A stretch of DNA of 64,000 nucleotides from Candidatus Cloacimonadota bacterium (GCA_963676615.1 OY781092.1:1344001-1408000); one strand, 5' to 3'. Shown: positions 50,518-62,200, numbered from the stretch's first letter. Notes: generated by a model not told the origin, from the sequence alone. Numbers and translations are program-made.

Positions 50518-51303
50518 TCACACAAAAAGCGTTCCCTCTTTCTCTCGATCGTAAATTTTCTTGATAACGCCGTCCTCTTTGCCGTTGGTGATAATCGTCG
50601 GCACGCCCAACTTCTGCAAAATACTGGCAGCCACCAGCTTGGTCTCGATGCCGCCTCTGCCCAAAGCTCCCGGCGCATCAATCGTTATCTCCTCTCGCAA
50701 CTTTTGGATATCTTGCACCTTTCGCACCAGCCTCGCATCGGGAAATTTGTGCGGATTTTTGTTGAAAACGCCGTCGATATCGCTGAGGATAATCATCACA
50801 TCGGCGCTCGCCAAACTCGCCACACGAGCCGCCAGCGTATCGTTATCGCCAATCTCCAGCTCCTTGATGCTCACCGTGTCGTTCTCGTTGACAATCGGCA
50901 CAACGCCCTCGTCCAGCAGCGTGAACAAAGTGTTGCGAATATTCAGCACACGGCGACTATCGGCAAAATCTTCGCGCGTGAGCAAAAGCTGCGCAATCTG
51001 CCGATCAACTTTGGCAAGCTCCGACTTGTAAATCTGCAAAAGCCCAATCTGCCCGATAGCACACAGCGCCTGCTTGTAGTTCATATCGTCGTAGCGACCC
51101 CATTTGCCCAGCTGTCCTGCACCACAAACTCTCGCCCCCGACGACACCAAAATCACCTGCTTCCCTTGGCTCATCAGCCAGCTGACCTGATGGCAAATAT
51201 CTGCCACCCGCAGCACATCAATCTCGCCCGAAGCGGCAGTCAAAGTGTTGCTGCCAATCTTTATCACCACGCGTTTTGCGCCGTCTATTACATTCTTCAG
51301 CAT
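50518..51303 (-). CDS. proB: Glutamate 5-kinase (no PUA domain)
   Basis: VIKIGS, VSSGA, AIGQ, NENDTV, GDND.LA, GG..TK. Confidence 0.95.
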   Translation of the reverse strand: MLKNVIDGAKRVVIKIGSNTLTAASGEIDVLRVADICHQVSWLMSQGKQVILVSSGARVCGAGQLGKWGRYDDMNYKQALCAIGQIGLLQIYKSELAKVDRQIAQLLLTREDFADSRRVLNIRNTLFTLLDEGVVPIVNENDTVSIKELEIGDNDTLAARVASLASADVMIILSDIDGVFNKNPHKFPDARLVRKVQDIQKLREEITIDAPGALGRGGIETKLVAASILQKLGVPTIITNGKEDGVIKKIYDREKEGTLFV

Positions 51304-51818
51304 AAATTCCCTTTTGCCAATCTCTCTTTATTATTTTCTATCACAACTTCCATCTTCGCCCGCAAAGCCCGAAACTGCCCGCCAGCCCAATAGATCCTGC
51401 CACAACCAAAGCAAACCTTAAACTCGTCATACCGTGCCAAAATTTCCTTCGGCAACCTTTGCGCAACCTTCTGGGCGTCTGCCTCCGCAAGCTCGGTGTT
51501 GCATTCTGGGCATCTTCGCCCAAAATCAAGCTGCTCTATTCCAAAATCGCAAACCACTTGCGCAAACCAACTCCACTTGCCCACTTTTTTCAGGCGATAC
51601 GGCTGAAAGTTCGCCACAACTCTCTTCTGTCCGAGCCACAGCAGCGTCCGATTTTCTTTAGTCAAAATCGACTCAATCCGCCCGAGCGACCAAGCCCGAT
51701 AAACGCGAGCGTCAAATCCCGCAAACCGCAAAAGCCGAGCCAAACCCAAAAGAGAGTGCTCCAGCAAAAACTTCGGACGACGATTCAAAGCTCGCCCCCT
51801 GCCGCTATCCGCTGACAT
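51297..51818 (-). CDS. Mut7-C RNase (PIN-like) domain protein
   Basis: LARLLR..GFD, RCPECN, C..CGRIYW.G. Confidence 0.85.
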   Translation of the reverse strand: MSADSGRGRALNRRPKFLLEHSLLGLARLLRFAGFDARVYRAWSLGRIESILTKENRTLLWLGQKRVVANFQPYRLKKVGKWSWFAQVVCDFGIEQLDFGRRCPECNTELAEADAQKVAQRLPKEILARYDEFKVCFGCGRIYWAGGQFRALRAKMEVVIENNKERLAKGNLC

Positions 51819-54800
51819 TCACCTTGTAATGATACCGCCCTTCCAGATACTCCAACACCTTGCCCGTCGGAAAAACATCCAAATTTTTGCTACACACCCG
51901 AAGCGGATTTTTGCTATCCGTCTCCAGATCAAAATAAACCTTGAAATTCCCCTTGTTCCTGCGCAAAATCGGCAAAAGCTCCTTAACATTGCCCGCATCC
52001 AAATCTTTTTTGGAAAACCGAATCAGCAGCGAGCCCTTGCTTTTGGTGCGCAGCTCCTCCAGCTTGGTTATTCTGGCAGGCAAAATCTTCAACTCAGACG
52101 ACGACCCAAAAGTCGAACGGCGTCCACAAACAAGCAGCCGATCACCAATCTGAATCTTGTCGGCGAACTTCAAAAAATCTTGCCCAAACAAACTCACCTC
52201 AAACTCGCCATGAAAATCTTCGAGCCCCACAATCGCAAAAGGCTTATTCTGCGCCGAATTGCGCCGCACAACTTTGTTCACAATCCCCGCAATTTTCAGC
52301 TCACTAGGCATCAATCTATGCTCCGAAAAAGCTTTGGTGTCGAAGTTGGCAATCTTAGAAATCAAAGTCTGAAACTCCTGCAGCGGATGCCCCGACAGAT
52401 AAAATCCCAAATATTTCCGCTCGTTAAACAGCCTCTCCATCGTCTCCCAGCGCAAAGTTTTACTCAATTTCGGCTTGTGAGCGATGAAATCTTCCTCTCC
52501 ACCCAAACTATCGAAAATCGACATCTGGTCGGACTCCGCCTGCTTGTGGCAAGCGTTGCCATACTCCAGTGCCGACTCTATCGCCTCGAATTTTGCCTTG
52601 CGAGAACCGGGCAAACAGTCCAACGCACCCGCACAAATCAGCGACTCAAAAGTTGCCTTATTCACCGCCGACAAATCCACTCTGGCAGCAAAATCGAACA
52701 AATCCAAAAACTTTCCGTCCGCCTCACGAACCGAAACGATGCTCGTAATGGCGGCATCGCCAACATTTTTTATCCCGCTAAGTCCGAACAAAATCTTGTC
52801 GTCCTCCACCAAAAAATCTCGCTGACACAAGTTCACATTCGGCTGCACAACATCGATTCCCATTTGGCGACACTTACCCAAAAACAGCGGAACCTTTAGC
52901 GGATTGCCCTCCAGCGACAGCAAAGTCGCCATAAACTCCGCAGGATAGTGCGACTTCAGAAAAGCCGTCTGATAGGCAACCAACGCATAACAAGCGGCGT
53001 GCGATTTATTAAAAGCGTAGCTAGCGAACTGCTCCCACTCGCTCCAAATCTCACCGATTTGCTGTTTGGACAGCCCGTTTTTCATCGCCCCTGCCTCAAA
53101 CTCCGAAAAAAGCTTATCCATCAGCGCCTTTTTCTTCTTACCCATCGCCTTGCGCAAAGTGTCCGCCTGTCCACCAGAAAAACCGCCCAAAATCTTGGAC
53201 ATACTCATCACCTGTTCCTGATAAACCGTGACGCCGTAGGTCTCCTCCAGCACCTCCTTCATCAGCGGATGCGCATAATGAATCTCCTGCCGTCCGTGCT
53301 TGCGGTCGATAAACAAATCGATATATTGCATCGGACCAGGACGATAGAGCGAGACCATCGCAATCAAATCATCGAAACAGTTCGGCTTGAGATTTTTCAG
53401 ATTTTTTTTCATTCCGTCCGACTCAAACTGAAACACGCCGTCGGTCTCTCCCGCGCTAAAAAGCTCGAAAGTTTTCGCATCGTCCATCGGTATCTCTCTG
53501 ATATCCAACGGCTTATCCAGCCGATAGTTCACCAAATCGACCGTATCTTTAACCAAAGTCAAGTTCTTCAGCCCCAAAATATCCATCTTCAAAAGTTTCA
53601 GATCGTCCAGCCACTTGCCCTCATACTGGCTCAAAACCGCAGGCGGCTCGTTCTTTTTCGCCTTGGCAACCGCCACTGGCACCACTTTTTGCATATCGTA
53701 AGGGGCAATCAAAGTCCCGCAAGCGTGCACGCCCGTCTGGCGCATCAGCCCTTCAACAAAAAGGCTGTGCCGATAAATCTCGCTGTAAACGCTGTTAGAG
53801 TCCATCAAACTGCGGAAATTTTTGTTGGTGGCATACTCCTCGGCGAGCTTCGCCCCCGCGGGCTTCTCTATCGTCTTGGTAATCTCGTTCGCCTCCGAAG
53901 GCACAACGCCCAAAACGCGCGCCACATCTTTCAGCGCCATTTTGGCTGCCAGCGTCGAAAAAGTCACAATCTGGCTCACGCACTCTCTGCCATACTTCGC
54001 CACCAGATACTCAATCATCCTGCCTCTGCCTTTGGTGCAAAAATCGATGTCGATATCCGGCATTCCGATTCTATCGGGATTCAAAAACCGCTCGAAAAGC
54101 AGCCCATGCTCAATCGGATCCAGCTGCGTAATCTCCAGCAGGTAACTCACGATGCTCCCTGCCGCAGAGCCTCTGCCGGGTCCAACGGGAATATCCATCG
54201 AGCGTGCGGCGTCTATCATATCTTTCACAATCAAAAAATACGCCTCGTAGCCCATCTTGCCAATCGTCTCCAGCTCATATTCCACACGGTCTCGCACCTG
54301 CTGGCTCACCTGCGCATACCGCTTTGGCAGCGCCTGCTCAACCAAAAATCGCAAATACTCCTTCACCCCCGCAAACTCCTTCGGCACATCAAAAGTCGGC
54401 AAAAGATACTGCTGATAAAAATCGTCCATCTCGAAATTCACCTTATCGGCAATCACCTGCGTGTTGCTCATCGCTTGCGGCAAATCGGGGAAAAGCTCCG
54501 CCATCTGCTGCGGAGACTTGAAAAAAAGCTGATCCGAATCGATTTTGAACCGGTCGGGATTATCCAAAGTCGAGCTGGTCTGAATGCACAAAAGCACCTC
54601 GTGCGAATGTGCGTCCTCCTCTTTCAGATAATGACAATCGTTGGTCAGCACCAGCGGCAAATCGTTACTCTTGGCAAGCTCAATCAGCTTCGGCATCGCC
54701 CGTTTTTCGTCTTCGATACCGTGATTTTGCAGCTCGATGTAATAATCTTCGCCAAAAATTCCTTTGTAAAAATCGATAGCTTTTTGCGCAGCGGGCAAAT

Positions 54801-55245
54801 CTCCAGCCAAAATATGCCGAGAAAGTTCGCCAGCCACACAACCAGAAAGAGCGATCAACCCTTGCGAATGCTTCGCCAAAAAAGCTTTGTCGATTCTGGG
54901 CTTATAGTAGAAACCGTCCACATAACTGCGCGAGGCGATGCGCATCAAATTGGCATAGCCCACATCGTTCTTTACTAGCAGCACCAAGTGATTGCGCTTG
55001 TCCAGCTTCGTCTTCGGGTCGCTAAAATCGTGATCCACCACATAAGCCTCCAACCCCAAAATCGGCTTTATTCCCTTGGCTTTGGCGGTCTTATAGAACT
55101 CCACCAAACCGAAAATATTGCCGTGATCGGTTATCGCCACTGCCCCCATACCCATTTCCTTCGCCAAATCTATCATCTGGTCGATTTTGCACGCTCCGTC
55201 CAGCATGCTGTATTGGGTGTGGTTATGCAAATGCACAAAACTCAT
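51805..55245 (-). CDS. dnaE: DNA polymerase III alpha subunit
   Basis: HLHNHTQYS.LDG, TDHGN, GRGSAAGS, PDIDIDF, SYAFNKSH, C-terminal OB fold. Confidence 0.98.
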   Translation of the reverse strand: MSFVHLHNHTQYSMLDGACKIDQMIDLAKEMGMGAVAITDHGNIFGLVEFYKTAKAKGIKPILGLEAYVVDHDFSDPKTKLDKRNHLVLLVKNDVGYANLMRIASRSYVDGFYYKPRIDKAFLAKHSQGLIALSGCVAGELSRHILAGDLPAAQKAIDFYKGIFGEDYYIELQNHGIEDEKRAMPKLIELAKSNDLPLVLTNDCHYLKEEDAHSHEVLLCIQTSSTLDNPDRFKIDSDQLFFKSPQQMAELFPDLPQAMSNTQVIADKVNFEMDDFYQQYLLPTFDVPKEFAGVKEYLRFLVEQALPKRYAQVSQQVRDRVEYELETIGKMGYEAYFLIVKDMIDAARSMDIPVGPGRGSAAGSIVSYLLEITQLDPIEHGLLFERFLNPDRIGMPDIDIDFCTKGRGRMIEYLVAKYGRECVSQIVTFSTLAAKMALKDVARVLGVVPSEANEITKTIEKPAGAKLAEEYATNKNFRSLMDSNSVYSEIYRHSLFVEGLMRQTGVHACGTLIAPYDMQKVVPVAVAKAKKNEPPAVLSQYEGKWLDDLKLLKMDILGLKNLTLVKDTVDLVNYRLDKPLDIREIPMDDAKTFELFSAGETDGVFQFESDGMKKNLKNLKPNCFDDLIAMVSLYRPGPMQYIDLFIDRKHGRQEIHYAHPLMKEVLEETYGVTVYQEQVMSMSKILGGFSGGQADTLRKAMGKKKKALMDKLFSEFEAGAMKNGLSKQQIGEIWSEWEQFASYAFNKSHAACYALVAYQTAFLKSHYPAEFMATLLSLEGNPLKVPLFLGKCRQMGIDVVQPNVNLCQRDFLVEDDKILFGLSGIKNVGDAAITSIVSVREADGKFLDLFDFAARVDLSAVNKATFESLICAGALDCLPGSRKAKFEAIESALEYGNACHKQAESDQMSIFDSLGGEEDFIAHKPKLSKTLRWETMERLFNERKYLGFYLSGHPLQEFQTLISKIANFDTKAFSEHRLMPSELKIAGIVNKVVRRNSAQNKPFAIVGLEDFHGEFEVSLFGQDFLKFADKIQIGDRLLVCGRRSTFGSSSELKILPARITKLEELRTKSKGSLLIRFSKKDLDAGNVKELLPILRRNKGNFKVYFDLETDSKNPLRVCSKNLDVFPTGKVLEYLEGRYHYKVNVSG

Positions 55246-55374
55246 CTGTCCGCTCGTCGCTCCTTAATTTCTTCGAAATTTCTTTCTACAAAAGTAAATC
55301 ACTCCATTTTGTCAATTCTACTTTGCTAAAAAATCTCGCCGATAATCACCAAAAGCGCTGACGGGGGAAGAAGC

Positions 55375-55562
55375 CGTCGTTGCGGCTATCACGCGCCGTC
55401 ATTGCGGGCGCTTTCATCGTCATTGCGAGCGATAGGTGAGGCTTCCTGCTTTTCTTCCCTCATTCTCGCGAAAGCGGGAATCCATCTCTAACAGCGTTCT
55501 GCGAAACGGGGCTGGGCGGCGACTACCAACCCTCGTCATTGCGGGCAACGAGCGGCGCAATC
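55375..55562. repeat. Cluster of REP-like motifs
   Basis: cgtc(a/g)ttgcg at 55375, 55397, 55418 and 55534; palindrome cattctcgcgaaagcgggaat at 55461-55481. Confidence 0.7.
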
Positions 55563-56119
55563 TTTGCAAGAGTCGCAGAGTTTTTTCTCTTATCAGAGGG
55601 ATTATCCGTTACCTTTTTTTGTCTGAACAAAAATAAGGTAACACCAAAAAAAATCAAATCATAAGCCTAAATTCTAACTTGCAAAACTCGCTCGTTGTGG
55701 CTGTTGCAAAGGCTTTAAGATCAAGTCGGGCAGTCCTTTCGTAAGAGATTAAACCCTTTGGACAACCAGCTAACTTCAGTCGTTTGAGCAAGTTCACGAA
55801 TTGAGACTTGAATGATTGCTAACCCGCCCGCCTGCTCGCCTAGACTGGCGATAGGTCGGCGTTGGTATCTTGCTTCATCTAAAACAGAGACACGCCAAAA
55901 CCAACTACAAAAAACCAAAAAAGTTGCGATAAGTCACAGACTTACAAACAATTACGGAGGTGCTCTTCACCACGGAAATCTCCAAATACCTCTCGAAACT
56001 TCTCTGTTTTTGAAGCAAGCGTCCTTTTCTGCTTCTCTTTTCGGACGCCCGAAAAGATGAAGACCCGTCTGGTAAGACATCATCTCTAACAGCGTTCTGA
56101 AAAATGGGGGTCGGTCGGT

Positions 56120-56250
56120 GGCGGAATTATCAACTATCAATTGTAACTTATCAATTGCTTTGGAGCGATGAGCGACAAAGCAAAGCAGCGGCGGAATTAT
56201 CAACTATCAATTATAACTTTTCAATTGCTTTGGAGCGCCAGCGACAAAGC
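56120..56250. repeat. Two near-identical ~61-bp units with 70-bp period
   Basis: ggcggaattatcaactatcaatt...caattgctttggagcg...agcgacaaagc at 56120-56181 and 56190-56250. Confidence 0.9.
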
Positions 56251-56265
56251 CTCTTGGTGTCAGAC

Positions 56266-59200
56266 CTATGGTAGGTTTGCGTTAATATCGCCCCTCAGCA
56301 CAGGGAAGTCCGCCCCAGTTTTCCAGATCCAAGGCTCCGCTTTGGTTGGTGCGCCACTAGTAATATCAAATTGCGGGGTATCTTTCCACCAATTTTCATC
56401 TTGTATAGTGCTCGTAGTCACAGTCGCACCATCCAGGCTTGCAGGGTCATCCGAAGTAACCTCCGTGCCATTCACTGTCGTCGTATTCAGAGCATAAAGC
56501 AAATCATAAGTTGGATCAGATTTCTCATATCCAATAACCCGATTTCCATATTTTGTTACTCCCACATTTCCTCCCAGAGCGACAAGTCCACTTGCTTCTG
56601 CGTTACCAGAATACAGTTGACCGAGAACCTCTCCTGTCATACCAAGGGAGGGATTAGTAGCAACAATCTGGACACCTACAGCAATACAGTTTAAAATTTC
56701 AGCGATTACATTACTTCCAGCTACCCCTCCTCCTTGGTAGTTCGTCGCAATAGAGCCACCTCTAACTAAGCAATTTTTCACTACCGCATCTTCTGAAGAT
56801 TCACATCTAAATGACCCTACAACTCCACCGACAGCAGTAACTCCTTTAAAGTTAGGTTCCAACACATACACCCTCTCTATTACAACGCTATCTCCATCAA
56901 CATAGCCAAAAAAGCCAACATAATTGCCTGATTGACAGTTCAGCCCTTTTATCTCATACCCTTGTCCGTCATAGCTTCCCGTGAAAGGATTAGAGGGGTC
57001 CCCTATCGGCGTGAAATCTTCGCCCGTCATATCTATGTTTTTCGTCTGGACATAGTGCTTGTCGCGATAGCCCTCCGTATTCATCATCGCAAATAAATAT
57101 CCCTTGTCAACCTCATAAGGGCTGTCTGGCGTTCCGCTACCCTTTTCGAAAAAGCCCCAATTCAAAACGCCATCGATGTTCATATTTTTTAGCTCTGGAT
57201 ACCCAGTAAGAGCTTCCCCTGGCCATTTCCAGCCGTTAGTCAAGAAATCTGAAATCCCGTCTGCCCCATAGGTGTCCTCATTTTGCAGGGAGTCACGAGT
57301 CAGCGCCAAGCCGTCGCACTTGTCCGTAGCGTCGTTGCTCGACAACCAGTTCCCCTCAGTTATCGTCACAGAGTAGTTATTGGTCAAAGTCATATTTGGA
57401 TTAGCCACCCTAAACGGCAAGCCTGCTCCAGTCGTCACTATCGATTTACACAGCGACAAGCTGTTTTGCAGTTCGGCACTGCTGGAGCCTGTTCCTGCTA
57501 TTCCGCCCACAAATTTATCGCCCTCAACGATAGCGTTGGCGATAATCACCCGATTTGCATCTACAGAGTGCATCGCTCCGGCAATTCCGCCGACATTCTC
57601 GTCGCCATCTATCTCCACCTCATCCACCAAAACATCTTCTAGCACAGCGTCTGACTGCCCATCGGTCGAAAGGAACGCTCCTACCAACGCGCCCACATAG
57701 TTTTCTCCGTTCACTTTTGCATCTATCAAGCCCAAATCATGAATATTGCCGCCTTTCACCACACCAAACAAGCCACGGAAATCTCTGGTAGTATCTTCTA
57801 GGCGCAACCCTTCTATCTGATAGCCATCGCCGTCGAAGCTGCCTGTGAACGGATATTCCAAATCGCCAATCGGCACTAAGTTGTCGCCAATCACAGGGCT
57901 ATAGGTCTGGTTGTCAAAATCGATATTCGCAGTCAGCACAAAGCTAGAGTCTGTATAGCCTCCGACCATCGCCAAATCTTGCAAACTCGACACCTCATAG
58001 GCGTTTGTGCCTTTGTTCAGCGGCATCTCGGGCGCTTGCATCTGCCCGTCGAGGGCGTCGCTAAACACCTTCAGCGTCGGATATTTCGCGCCAGGCTTGA
58101 ACTCCCAAGCGTCACTATCTTCCAAAAGAGCCTGATAATCCGACTCTTGCAAGTGATTATAAAACAGGTTACCACCGTTCTTGCCACTCGGATCTGTCCC
58201 TATCAGATAACCGCTTCCAAACTTCGTCTCCGCCAGCGAGTAACAGTCACAGCGAAGACCATTGTCAATATTCCCAGCAATCTTTCCAACATTCGACCCG
58301 GTGTAGCTGATGCTCTTTGCCAGAGAGTAACAATTATCAACACTGCCTGATGACTGCTCGCCAACAATGCCACCGACTTTATCGGTACCACTCACGCTAT
58401 CTCCCACAGAGACCGCATTGCTAACAACGCCTCTTCCCGCAATCGCTCCAACAAAGACACTACTACTCTTAACCGTATTGTTAATACTCAACAAATCTTT
58501 CCAATTACTATTCGAATAACCTCCAAATATAGCGACATTGCTGCTTGACCCAGTAACAGAGCTGTTGGTCACCAAAATGCGCTCCGCTTTCGTGCCTCCT
58601 GACCCATTACCAAACAGACATCCTAGAACACTACTACCATTCACAGTCAAGCTATCTAGCCATAAGTCGTGCACAGATGCAGAAGACTTCGCAACACCAA
58701 ACAAACCTCTATTGGAATAAAGAGATGTTGTGGTTCCATAATCGTCGGCTTCGATAACCAGATTGCTGATCCTCTTGCCGTTACCGTCGAACTCTCCTGT
58801 AAAATTCGTTTCTGTGCCCTGATACCCTATCGGCGTATAGTCTACAGAGTAGTCGCTAAAGTCCAAATCGACAGCCAGCTCATACTCTGCATCCAGCTGC
58901 AGCCACTCTGGCAAATTCTCCTGTCCGCCAACCAAATTAGCAAGTCTTCTATCGCCGATAGCGTCCAGCTGCAGCGGCGTGGTTATCCGATAAGCAGAGC
59001 CAAACAGCCCCGTCTCCATCTCCAGCCCGTTGTCCTGCGGCATATTCGCTTGCGGATTGTTCACCAGGCTCGGATAGCCTGTCAAATCTGTCATCTGGTA
59101 TCCAGTAGTGCTTTTAATATTGCCGCTCATCAACACAGACGCCAAAGACCCACAAGAGGTGTAAGATTGTGAACCACCGACTCCACTAAATTCATAATCT

Positions 59201-62200
59201 CCATTCTCTAAACTATAACAGTAGGCAATAGTTGCATCAGGAAGCCCTTCAGCATCTCCTACAAAAAGCCCCACTTTATAAAAGTCATTACATTTGTTTT
59301 GCAGAGCATAAGATTTAGCAACAAGACCTCCTTGCGCCTTTCCGACCAGCATACCTAAATAGCTACCTCTTTCGGCAAAGCAATTATAAGCATAACACTC
59401 TTCTATAGTAGCGTCACTGATAAGACTACCCACCAGAAAACCTTCGACAAGCTTAAGATTCCTTGATCCAGAAAAAACCAAACCTTCAACACTACTACGA
59501 ACAAGCTTGCCATTATTCATCAACCCAATCAAGCCTCCCAGGTAAGTTCCTGTACTCACATAGCCATTTTCACTTATCTTCACTGTCGCCCCATCACAAT
59601 TTTCTAATTTCGCAACCGCAAAGAAATCATCATCGTCAGCACTCATCTCACCAGCCATCAATCCTATATAGCAACCAGCAGAAGCTCTTGTGTTGATTCC
59701 CACATCAAATTTCTCCACATTCTCCACCACAAAAGTGTCCGACTCCGCCAAAGTCAAGCTCCCAAACAAAAGTCCCGCATATAAATTATTTGCATCAATC
59801 TGCAAATTGCTTTCGTCAATCTGCGCATTGCCCCAGATGCTGCTGTGCATATCGCCCTTCTCCCAGCTATCGCATTTTCCAGCTACAAGTCCAAAATATG
59901 TTTTGGTAGAAGGCTCGTTGTCCTCATCAATCGTAAGCTTTTGCAAGTCAAGAGCGACCTTGTCCGCCTGCAAGCCAGCAATAACTTTCGCTTCTCCAAA
60001 CAATCCGCCAATAGCAGTAATACCAACAGGACCAATGCCAGTATTTTCATTCTCTCCGCTACTGGTCAAAGACAGCCCCAGCGACACATTGGAATTTTCG
60101 TCAAAATCTGCCCGCGTAATCACCTGCCCAACCAATCCACCAACATATTTATCTGGACCAGATTCTGGGTTCTTTGTCGCCACTTTGATGTCGCACCCTT
60201 CTATATTCACAGAACCAATATTGACAGTCGGCACCTGCCCAAACAGCAAGCCTACCCAAGCTTTCTTGAACTCATAAATGTTAGTATTCGAAACATCGAT
60301 ATTCAGATTTTTCACCTCTACCGAATTCACATTGGCTTTTGAGGCTTCGAACTTGCCGACCAAGCCTCCAACATAGTAGTTAAACAAATTGTTGCCACTA
60401 AATCCGCCCTCGTCGTTACCATCCACCACAACATTATCAAAATCGACCTGAATACTACCAGATAATCGCCCAAAAACACCACCAATATAGTTAGTGTTGT
60501 TTGTGCTAGGCAGTTGCGTCTCTTTTGGCAAGACGATATTCACATCTTTGATTTGCAAATCACCACTAAAATTCCCATAGCCAAAAGCTCCCATCCGAAG
60601 CGGAGTGCTGCTGATATTTACCTGCCCGATACCAGACACAGAGATATTTTCGATAGAGCAAGCCTTAGTTATATCCAAATTTCCCACAACATACCCCACA
60701 GTACTACCACCTAGGCTTTGTTCCAAACTTTCGATATTAGAGACCGTCACATTTTTTAACGACAAACTATCAACGCTTAACATTGAGCCAACCACAGAGC
60801 CAATATATTTTGCCTCCAACTTCTTGATATTAGAAACCTCAATATTCTCCAACACCACACTACCGCCATTTGCATATCCCACAACGCCACCAACCAAATT
60901 ACTGACGCTGTTTAATTCGTCGATAAACGACACCTTAATATCTTTGGCATACAACCCCTTAGTATAACCCACAACCCCAGCAGCATAACCGCTAGAAATG
61001 GTCTTTGAGAAGGTAACCGAAGAGCCAGAGACATCGATATTGATAAGGGTGTCGTTCTCCGATTTAGCTACCGCTCCAGCCACAGCCGTCCCTGCATCAC
61101 CTGTGCTATTCCAATTCACATTGTTGAGGACAATCTTCACATTTTCGTATCGTGAGTTTTGGCTCACTCCTGCTAGCACAGCCAAGTTCGTCGCAATGGC
61201 AAATTCGGTCCCATCTCCATCCACAATCACCGTTAGAGAATCTACCAAACAGCCATCTGCTTCCGCAAACATCGCCAAAGAGCTCAAACTATTACCGCTA
61301 ACATCAAAACTGCTAAATCTAATCTGCTTGTTACTTCCTGCAAAGTGACTATTAAACGAACCTGCTGGTTTCAGAGGCACATCCTCAAAATAAAGGTCGT
61401 CCATCAACTTGAAAACATCGTTATCGTCAAATCTCCCCGCTGTAACACCGTCGGCAATATAGTTATAATCTTGCACATTATAGATAAACACCGTGTCGTT
61501 ATCATACTTATAGACTTTACTGTCGTGACCACTTCTAAAGCTATAAGATCCATATTTAAAGCTGTTGACTTGCGTAAGACGATAAAAGTATTTCCTGCCT
61601 ATTTCCAAAGTTCCCAAATCTCCGGCATTCTCTGTCGATTGATAATCGATAAAACTCGAGTCGGTAAACAAGATGCCTTTCAGCGCAGAGCTAAGGTCGA
61701 TAGTATCCACTTCATAATTGTCATCAAATGTAGCGTTCGTCGCTTTTTCTATTATGAAGCCTTCTGGCGTCGTGCCGTTGTCGCCCCAAGTAATCTCAAA
61801 TCCGTCAATATTACCGTTATTCTCGTCGTAATGGTAATAGATCGCCCCAAACACCGTTGACGAGTTGTCCAAAAATCCTGTTCCCTTAGCGTCGTTGCTT
61901 ATCGTCGGGCTGTAAAATTTGTCTGGGCTGTTGTTTATCTGCACCATTCCCATTATCGAGTATTTATACAAATATCCCTGAACTGGCGGAGTCATACCGC
62001 TGCCATCATCTGTATAGGTGTAGATTGTGTCGCCAGCTTCCACCGCAGGAGACAGCCCGCTCGGCACAACCGTGTCGTATTCAACCGTTCCTTCTTGAAT
62101 ATTTTCTCTGGCGATTATATACGCCGATACAGTGTCTGGCGCCTTTTCCAGAAGCCTCTCTTTCAAATCGTAATCTTCTGCCCAAGAGGACACCTTGATT

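Noticed and set aside
50518..51303. proB lacking PUA domain and no adjacent proA
   Set aside because: PUA-less glutamate kinases are common and proA may lie elsewhere.
52948..54978. 676-aa plus-strand ORF opposite dnaE (and similar shadows opposite mnmE, mutS and the giant gene)
   Set aside because: Antisense to well-conserved genes, no motifs; explained by codon and strand bias.
51805..55245. Intein in DnaE
   Set aside because: Length is normal (1146 aa) and no splice motifs were seen.
56120..56250. CRISPR array
   Set aside because: Only two ~61-bp units with an 8-bp linker and no cas genes.
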